From positions 1 through 12,836 of the forward strand of contig JBBROQ010000082.1 of NCBI GenBank assembly GCA_038229115.1: 12,836 nt of DNA, read 5' to 3'. The notes below the pieces were generated by a model. The model saw only the letters and a list, made by a program, of their open reading frames with translations, ran no database searches and was not told the DNA's origin. The stretch comes from Planctomycetota bacterium. GTDB taxonomy: Bacteria; Planctomycetota; UBA11346. This document shows positions 7,300 through 12,836 of the stretch, piece by piece; position 1 is the stretch's first letter, and each line of letters opens with the position of its first letter. Both the position numbers and the translations under genes were made by a program.

Positions 7300-9489
7300 A
7301 TGCCAGCCGAAACCGTGTTACTGCCGAGCGCTTCGACGGCGCGTTTAGCGCAGTGGCTTGACGGTCTCGCCTGCTGTTGGCTGGTGTTATTGCCGTCGCT
7401 GCGGCCGTTGATTTGGAGCGGCGATCCCACCACGGCCGGCAATCTGCTGTTCGCGGCGATGCTGGCCGGCGCCATCGCCACTGGTCTGTTGACGCGCGCG
7501 ATCTCAGGCGATTGGCCGCGGCCAAGTTGGCTTGGTTGGCTCGGAATCGGCGTGTTGACCCTGCTGGCGATCAGCGCCCTGCGCAGCCCCAGCCCCGCCG
7601 CGGCCTGGACGTTGTGGGCCGGTTGGGCGCTGCACATCGGCGCGCCATTGTCGCTGCTGCCGCAGATCCGCCGCTTTCCCGCGTTGGTGTGCGCGGGGCT
7701 GGGCATGGGCGTCATTGGCGAGGCGCTGATTATCTTTGGCGAGCAAAAGTGGGAGCGGCCCGGATTGCGCGCGCAGTACGCCACCGATCCGAGTTCCTTC
7801 GGCGATGACCACCTGCGCGGTCAATACGAAGCCCGGCTGGATACGTGGCGCGCGTCAGGTTCGTTCCTGCTCGCGAACACCCTGGGCGCGTTCGTGATCA
7901 CCGTGCTGCCGCTGCTGTGCGGTTGGGCGATCGCGGCCTGGAGCGCGTGCGGTTGGCGACGCTGGTGCGCGCTCGCGCTGACCGTCATCGGGGTCGCCTG
8001 CCTGATCGAAAGCGGCAGCAAAGCCGCAGGTTTGGCACTACTGTTGGCGGCCGCTGCGACCGTGTTGTTGTTCCGTAGCACCGCCCGCATGCGCGTACTG
8101 ATCGTGAGCGCAGCGCTGCTGATGATTGCGCTCGCGCTGCTGCTGCCGCCGACGCGCCACGCGCTGGCCGCCAGTGCCGGGGTGCGCGTAGATTATTGGC
8201 GCGGCGCGTTGGCGCTGATCGCCGAGCGGCCGCTATGTGGATTCGGGCTTGATGGTTTCGCCGCGCATTTTCCGCGAGTGAAACCACCCGCCGCGGAAGA
8301 AACCGTGCTGGCGCACAACGAACTTCTGCAGGCCGCGGTCGATGGCGGCTTGTTGTTGGCGCTCGCGCTGGCGGCGTGGTGGCTGGGCCTGCTGCGCCAA
8401 CTCGCGCGCGCGTCACCGCCGGATGCGCACCTCAGCGCGACTGCGCCCCCGCGCTGGCTGCTGCTGGGTGTCGGGCTCGGCTTCGTCATCGCGCTGCTGT
8501 TAGGCGTCAGCAGCGACACCGCAGCCATTGGTGGCGCACTCGACGAACAAGTACGGTTGTGGCCGGGCGCACCCTGGCGTTGGGGCGTGGCGTTCTCCGC
8601 GGTGATGGTGGCCGCGTTGCCGCTCCTGCGCCGCCTGCCGACGCCACCGCGATGGGTGTGGTGGTGCGGCGTCACCGCGTGTCTATTGCATGCGCTCGCG
8701 GATTTTCATCTGCACAGTCCGCAGGTGGTGCTGCCGTTGGTGCTGATGGTCTGCCTGGGTCTGCCGCCGCGCCGCGAGCAGGCGCATCCATCAAGCGCCC
8801 TGCGCACCACGATCCTGGTCGCCGCCGCGATGCTGATTGTCGCACTGAGCACGTGGTGGTCGTGGCGCGTGGGCCTGCGCCACGATCTGACCGATCGCAG
8901 CGACACCGCCCTGAACGCCCTACGTCGCGAGCTGACGACACGCGGGCAAGCCGGCACGAGCACTGCGGACGTGCAGATGGCAGCACAGCTCGACCTGCAG
9001 GTCGCCCTCGTCCGTTTCGGCCAACTGGGCCTGGGCGTCGATCCGGTCGGTCCGCTTCTGGACGCCGCACGTGCCGATCTGGAACTCACCGCCTTTGCGT
9101 GGCCCGTCGATGAGCGCCTAGCCTTTGCGGACGCACAACTGATCACCTTAGGCCGCGATCTAGGCCACGCAGACGATGTCCACGACCGCGCCTGGCTGGA
9201 ACGCTGCGCCGCACGTTGGCCAGCACATGCCGGCTTCGCCATTGCCCTCGCCAACTGCCACGCCGCCGCCGGCCGAGCCGACGACGCGCTGCGCGAAAGC
9301 GCCCGCGCAGTGACCCTGTATCCGACCCATCTACCGCTGCGCGAAGTACTCATCGCGCGTGCCCGCATCGTGAACCGAACCGACATCATCACCCACGAAA
9401 CCGCGGTAATCCGCGCGTTACAACACCGCGTCCACCCCAACAACGCGCCGCAACATTTCCTACCTGAGCAAGGCGCGACCGGGAATTGA
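7300..9489 (+). CDS. O-antigen ligase / Wzy_C-domain multi-TM protein (WaaL/PglL-like) fused to a C-terminal TPR-like soluble domain.
   Basis: About 12 hydrophobic helices. The large periplasmic loop carries the ligase-family motif (...FGLDGF...VLAHNELLQAAVDGG). The C-terminal ~200 aa are helical-repeat/TPR-like (AGFAIALANCHAAAGRADDALRESARAVTLYP). No Shine-Dalgarno precedes the ATG at 7300, so the start is uncertain. Confidence 0.7.
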   Translation: MPAETVLLPSASTARLAQWLDGLACCWLVLLPSLRPLIWSGDPTTAGNLLFAAMLAGAIATGLLTRAISGDWPRPSWLGWLGIGVLTLLAISALRSPSPAAAWTLWAGWALHIGAPLSLLPQIRRFPALVCAGLGMGVIGEALIIFGEQKWERPGLRAQYATDPSSFGDDHLRGQYEARLDTWRASGSFLLANTLGAFVITVLPLLCGWAIAAWSACGWRRWCALALTVIGVACLIESGSKAAGLALLLAAAATVLLFRSTARMRVLIVSAALLMIALALLLPPTRHALAASAGVRVDYWRGALALIAERPLCGFGLDGFAAHFPRVKPPAAEETVLAHNELLQAAVDGGLLLALALAAWWLGLLRQLARASPPDAHLSATAPPRWLLLGVGLGFVIALLLGVSSDTAAIGGALDEQVRLWPGAPWRWGVAFSAVMVAALPLLRRLPTPPRWVWWCGVTACLLHALADFHLHSPQVVLPLVLMVCLGLPPRREQAHPSSALRTTILVAAAMLIVALSTWWSWRVGLRHDLTDRSDTALNALRRELTTRGQAGTSTADVQMAAQLDLQVALVRFGQLGLGVDPVGPLLDAARADLELTAFAWPVDERLAFADAQLITLGRDLGHADDVHDRAWLERCAARWPAHAGFAIALANCHAAAGRADDALRESARAVTLYPTHLPLREVLIARARIVNRTDIITHETAVIRALQHRVHPNNAPQHFLPEQGATGN

Positions 9490-9550
9490 CGCCCCCACCG
9501 TCGCCGCTATGGTCCGCGCCTCCAAAACCGCACGCCTCGTCCAAAATCAC

Positions 9551-9626
9551 GCGTCATTAGCTCAGTTGGTAGAGCAAGGGATTCTTAATCCCTGGGTCCT
9601 AGGTTCGAATCCTAGATGACGCACCA
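9551..9626 (+). tRNA. tRNA-Lys (anticodon CTT), 76 nt including the encoded CCA.
   Basis: Folded by hand. Acceptor GCGTCAT/ATGACGC (7/7 base pairs). D-stem GCTC/GAGC. Anticodon stem AGGGA/TCCCT with loop TTCTTAA, giving anticodon CUU. T-stem CTAGG/CCTAG with TTCGAAT loop. 3' ACCA. Confidence 0.9.
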
Positions 9627-9748
9627 TGTAAGCATTTATATATAATAGACTTATAGCTACGTATTTTATGGGCATGAAATTGCAGCAGGCACTGATCCTA
9701 CCCTGCTCCTACCGCAGACAGAAAAGCCATTAGGCACTCAATCTTCAC

Positions 9749-9800
9749 GAGTCCCCATTCAACCCCAACGTCGCCGTTTCACGTACGACGCTGGGGACTC
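9749..9800. terminator. Convergent stem-loop between the tRNA-Lys and the end of the minus-strand flotillin gene. It is probably a bidirectional terminator. The U-tract is weak.
   Basis: GAGTCCCCA(9749-9757)/TGGGGACTC(9792-9800) and the alternative inner stem CCCCAACGTCG(9763-9773)/CGACGCTGGGG(9786-9796). It lies 6 nt below the flotillin stop (9806-9808). Confidence 0.4.
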
Positions 9801-9805
9801 ACTGT

Positions 9806-11866
9806 TCAGGCTGAAGGTGGCTGCTGAGAAATAGCCCGCGTGGCTTCGCCGCGAAACCGTTCAGACATGGCTGCCATCGCGGCGTCGCGGGGCTTTCCCG
9901 GCGTGGCATCATTGCCCATCTGATCGCTCAGCATCAGGCCGAGGAGAGCGTCGATCAGATTGCCGCTGCCGTTGCCGCTCCCATTGCCAGCAGCACCGCC
10001 GCTGCCGCCACCGTTTATCACCACGCGTGGCACCAACGCTGCTCCTGACTTTTCCACTGCGGTGGCGAACCGCTCCATGACCTGTTGGGTCAGCTGGTAC
10101 CGTGGGCCACCATAGGCGCGGACCTGCTCCTCGATCGCCAGAGCCTGAGCCACGCCGATGCGGGCGGCGCGATCCGCTTCGGCCACCGCGATCGCCCGGA
10201 TACGTTCCGCATCGCCGCGTGCCATCGTGCTGACCTTGGATGATTCCGCCTCCGCCAGCGTGCGGATGCGCAGCGCGTCTTGTTGGCTGCGCGAGAACTC
10301 CGCCTTGCCTTCGTTCTCACGGATGGCGATCGACATCTCTGACTTGGTGATTTCGGCCTGCACCGCCGCTTTGGCCTGGGCTTCACGCAGCGCCCGCTCC
10401 TTGGTGGCGGCTTCCTCCTGACGGTCATAGGTCTCGACCTGTTCGCACGCGACTTGGCGCGCGCGCAACTGGTTCAGGATGGTCTCAATCGTCTTGTCGT
10501 CTTTGCTCGATGACGGCGTGCCGATGAGAACCTCCTGAAGATCCAGGTTATACTGCGCGAATTTTAGCTTCATCTCGGCCGAGGCCCGCTTCTGGATCTC
10601 TGACCGACTCTGAATCAGCTCGATCAAGGTCTTGGTCTGACCGATGTCTTTGAAGTAGGCCGACACCATCGGATCGAGCGTTTGCTCGACCAGTTTTTTG
10701 ATGTCGCCGAAGCGCTGAATGACCAGCGGCGCCTTGCGGTAGTCGATGTGCACGACCACCGACAGCGGCAGAATCGGCTCGAAAGCATCCTTGGTGATCA
10801 GCGAGATTTCGCTCAGGTTCACGTCGAGCTTGTGCGAACCGGCCTCGCTGTGAATCCACTTCAGAATGATGTTGGTGGTCGGCACCTTGTGCACTTGCCC
10901 GGCATAGGTGTTGAACGGGTATTTGCCGGGCATCAGCGCTTCGCTCCACACCCCGCGTTCGCCTGATGCGACCATCTCGCCGTGGCTGTATTCTGTGCCG
11001 GAAAGATCGATGCCCTTGTCGCCGGTGTAGCTGACCACTACTCCAACCTCGCCGACCTCGATGGTCAGTTTTGGTTCGAGTTGGACCGTCGCAAACAACG
11101 CGTTGATGGCGTAGGTGCCTTCGGCAAGCACCTGCAGCTGACGACCACGCTGACCGCCGGCCGCGAGAAAGCGTTCCGGCTCTTGGAACTTGTTGTGATA
11201 GGTCTCGATCTGGTGCGGATCATCCCCGACGATCGGCGCGATGATCTCGCCGGCCGGCAACGATGGACCCTCATGGATCGTGACGATGCCGATCAGGTCC
11301 TTGTCGTCCTTAATCACCAATGGCGCGAAACCGTCGCGCTCTGAGATAGTCTTCGTCAGCGACTCGATGACGAGATTCGCGCTGACATCGAGGATCATGC
11401 CGTAAGTCCGTTCCCGCGTCACCACCAAGTACTGCGCCAAATTGATGGCGTAGGTGCCTTCGCGCAGGATGGCGCGTTGCGGACCCTTTTGTCCGCCATT
11501 GGCCAAGAACGCGCGCACATCTTGAAACTCGCCACCGGCGCTGAACGCCAGGGTTTGCCCCGGCGCGAGCGCGATGTCGTCACGAGCAAATACGTAACTG
11601 ATCGAGCCCTGGGGAATGGTCACCAACGGCTGTTGATGGATGCGGTACTGGAATGGAATGAAGTAATGGAACCCACCGCGCAGAACTTCTGGCTGATAGC
11701 CGGTTTCGCCATTGAGGGCGATGAAGGCGCCTGACAACGTTCGTGCTCCGAAGAGCTTTTCGACGATGCCGACGTGGCTGTTGGGGATGTAGCGGATCAC
11801 GCCTGACAACCAGACAAGGATGAGCAGGGCGATCACGAGGATCGAGCAGACCAGGAGAGGGACCAT
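9806..11866 (-). CDS. Flotillin / SPFH (band-7) family membrane-scaffold protein, YqiK-like, with a Gly/Ser/Asn-rich C-terminal repeat.
   Basis: Start chosen at the ATG at 11866 (MVPLLVCSILVIALLILVWLSGVIRYIPNSHVGIVEKLFG). GGAGGA Shine-Dalgarno 7 nt upstream. An alternative ATG (MEDQ) lies at 11878. The ORF-track start at 12013 adds a non-hydrophobic Arg-rich extension and is unlikely. The layout is N-terminal TM, SPFH domain, a long Ala/Glu/Arg-rich coiled coil (EAQAKAAVQAEI...AEADRAARIGVAQALAIEE), then GGGSGGAAGNGSGNGSGN. Confidence 0.8.
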   Translation of the reverse strand: MVPLLVCSILVIALLILVWLSGVIRYIPNSHVGIVEKLFGARTLSGAFIALNGETGYQPEVLRGGFHYFIPFQYRIHQQPLVTIPQGSISYVFARDDIALAPGQTLAFSAGGEFQDVRAFLANGGQKGPQRAILREGTYAINLAQYLVVTRERTYGMILDVSANLVIESLTKTISERDGFAPLVIKDDKDLIGIVTIHEGPSLPAGEIIAPIVGDDPHQIETYHNKFQEPERFLAAGGQRGRQLQVLAEGTYAINALFATVQLEPKLTIEVGEVGVVVSYTGDKGIDLSGTEYSHGEMVASGERGVWSEALMPGKYPFNTYAGQVHKVPTTNIILKWIHSEAGSHKLDVNLSEISLITKDAFEPILPLSVVVHIDYRKAPLVIQRFGDIKKLVEQTLDPMVSAYFKDIGQTKTLIELIQSRSEIQKRASAEMKLKFAQYNLDLQEVLIGTPSSSKDDKTIETILNQLRARQVACEQVETYDRQEEAATKERALREAQAKAAVQAEITKSEMSIAIRENEGKAEFSRSQQDALRIRTLAEAESSKVSTMARGDAERIRAIAVAEADRAARIGVAQALAIEEQVRAYGGPRYQLTQQVMERFATAVEKSGAALVPRVVINGGGSGGAAGNGSGNGSGNLIDALLGLMLSDQMGNDATPGKPRDAAMAAMSERFRGEATRAISQQPPSA

Positions 11867-11904
11867 TTGGTCCTCCATGAGGTGAAGAGAGACGAGGAAT
11901 CGCG

Positions 11905-11927
11905 CGCATCGACGACCGGTCGATGCG
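11905..11927. promoter_or_regulatory. Perfect palindrome CGCATCGAC-gaccg-GTCGATGCG, 39-61 nt upstream of the flotillin start codon. It is a candidate operator or leader hairpin.
   Basis: Read directly: 9-bp arms with a 5-nt spacer. It sits in the 5' leader of the minus-strand gene. Confidence 0.4.
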
Positions 11928-12471
11928 GCATGACGGCTAGCTGCCGTGGAGTCAGATGGTCGGCGGCGTAGATCCGCTCGCGCTACACGCAAAAGCGAAT
12001 TGTCCCGATGCATCGCGGTTGGGCATGGCCCCTCCGTGGTTGCGAGACGCCCTTCTTCAAAAGGGTATCTCTTCGTTGACGCCTGCGAGGTTAGCTGACG
12101 GGCTCGGGCCGAAGAGTGCCCTACGCGGTATCGCGATTAGCCCCGAGGATGTGGGTCCCCCGCTCCCGATGGGATTCGGCGTAAGCAGCGATTTTTACAC
12201 GCACTTTACCGTGAATAGACTGCTTTAGTCGTGCCAAATAACCGTCTTTTTGCCCGGCGAAAACCTAACCACGAAATAGCTCGGAGAAAACCTTCGCGCG
12301 ACAATTGGCAATCGCGCTGCCTTGGCTCAGGGCACCCTCTCTTCCAGCTCGCGCCTGAACCCGCCCGACAAGACTGGGAACCGGCACAGGTCTTCGGTTT
12401 CGTCAATAAAATTAGACGACATCAATTCCCAGATCATCGCAATATGCATACGAACGTAATTAAGCGACTCT

Positions 12472-12836
12472 TCATTTATCCGTGCTCATGTGGGTTTCAT
12501 AGGCGGTATCGGTCATCTTTGAGAGCATCATATCGAGCCAGACATGGATGGCGGTTTTCGTTTCTGGTTTTTGCAATTTGCCGCTGTCGTGGGTCATTTC
12601 TACCAGCGCGATTTCACCGTCGGGGCGCACGTGCGCGGGGTGAAGGATATGGATGCTTTCGCCGTCGAAAAATGGCACCAACGGCGGTTCGGGGAATGGT
12701 TCCTGCGGATTGTCGGGATCAGCAACGTGCCAGAGATCCCATTCGACCACGAATCGCGTGCCGTCGTAGGCGTACCATTCGGCATCGTTGTCATCGCGAT
12801 TCAATTCGCGCAGGACGATGCCGTTGTGCGCGCGAA
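12472..12836 (-). CDS. Unidentified protein, C-terminal part only; the N-terminus lies beyond the window. ...RAHNGIVLRELNRDDNDAEWYAYDGTRFVVEWDLWHVADPDNPQEPFPEPPLVPFFDGESIHILHPAHVRPDGEIALVEMTHDSGKLQKPETKTAIHVWLDMMLSKMTDTAYETHMSTDK*
   Basis: The open frame continues to the window edge. The M in the ORF track is a TTG. Third-position GC is moderate. The protein is soluble, acidic and Pro-rich. I recognise no family signature. Confidence 0.5.
   Translation of the reverse strand, partial: RAHNGIVLRELNRDDNDAEWYAYDGTRFVVEWDLWHVADPDNPQEPFPEPPLVPFFDGESIHILHPAHVRPDGEIALVEMTHDSGKLQKPETKTAIHVWLDMMLSKMTDTAYETHMSTDK

Noticed and set aside
8376-9443. Several 130-245-aa ORFs on both strands inside the Wzy_C-TPR gene (8376-9113 +, 8706-9443 -, 8672-9070 -, 7985-8416 -).
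   Set aside because: The region is 70-75% GC, so every frame is open. The products are Arg/Ala/Pro-rich with no motifs. The primary frame has coherent TM topology and a TPR region.
11867-12013. 49-codon N-terminal extension of the flotillin ORF (start at 12013).
   Set aside because: The extension is Arg-rich, non-hydrophobic and lacks a Shine-Dalgarno. The ATG at 11866 has a GGAGGA Shine-Dalgarno and starts directly at the TM helix typical of flotillins.
12303-12320. Sigma-54-like TGGCAA-N5-CTGCC (GG-N10-GC) on the + strand.
   Set aside because: No + strand gene lies downstream (the next gene is on the minus strand). A match of this quality is expected by chance in 12.8 kb of GC-rich DNA. 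No enhancer-binding-protein gene is nearby.
11956-12406. Small ORFs in the flotillin-upstream gap (11956-12228 +, 90 aa; 12206-12406 -, 66 aa).
   Set aside because: Third-codon positions are A/T-rich, unlike all confident genes here. There is no Shine-Dalgarno, and the sequences are Arg/Gly-rich with no features. The gap is treated as non-coding.

Overview
This is a high-GC (about 55-75% locally) bacterial chromosomal segment that reads as ordinary core genome rather than an obvious mobile element. Genes run on the + strand up to about 9.6 kb. A convergent minus-strand block follows.

Gene order:
- (i) the 3' end of an unknown CDS, an ExbD/TolR-like lipoprotein and an FxsA-family membrane protein, chained by overlapping stop/start codons;
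- (ii) a YceI-family periplasmic protein and an uncharacterised polytopic membrane protein;
- (iii) a complete mcsA-mcsB-clpC triad (McsA-like zinc-finger/UVR activator, McsB protein-arginine kinase, ClpC AAA+ unfoldase). This is the Firmicute-type phospho-arginine protein-quality-control module, but with no ctsR upstream and a perfect palindrome in its place;
- (iv) a 3.8-copy 18-bp tandem repeat that starts inside the last clpC codons, then a textbook intrinsic terminator;
- (v) a 729-aa Wzy_C (O-antigen ligase/PglL-like) multi-TM protein fused to a C-terminal TPR-like domain;
- (vi) tRNA-Lys(CTT), followed by an abrupt AT-rich patch and a convergent hairpin;
- (vii) a long (~686 aa) flotillin/SPFH (YqiK-like) protein on the minus strand, with a palindrome in its leader;
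- (viii) a 605-bp non-coding gap rich in hairpins;
- (ix) the 3' part of an unidentifiable minus-strand CDS running off the window.

I found no CRISPR array, integrase, transposase or toxin-antitoxin genes. All protein identifications come from motif recognition in the supplied translations (Walker boxes, CxxC pairs, UVR motif, the phosphagen-kinase CHTNLGTG loop, and ExbD/FxsA/YceI/SPFH signatures). No database search was possible.

The most interesting parts are the ctsR-less mcsAB-clpC module with its flanking palindrome and tandem repeat, the FxsA/ExbD-like coupled pair, and the structured non-coding DNA around the tRNA and flotillin genes. The organism is not determinable. The gene content (mcsAB-clpC outside Firmicutes, Wzy_C-TPR fusion, tandem exbD-like genes, weak Shine-Dalgarno usage) is compatible with a PVC-group or other environmental high-GC lineage, but that is a guess.
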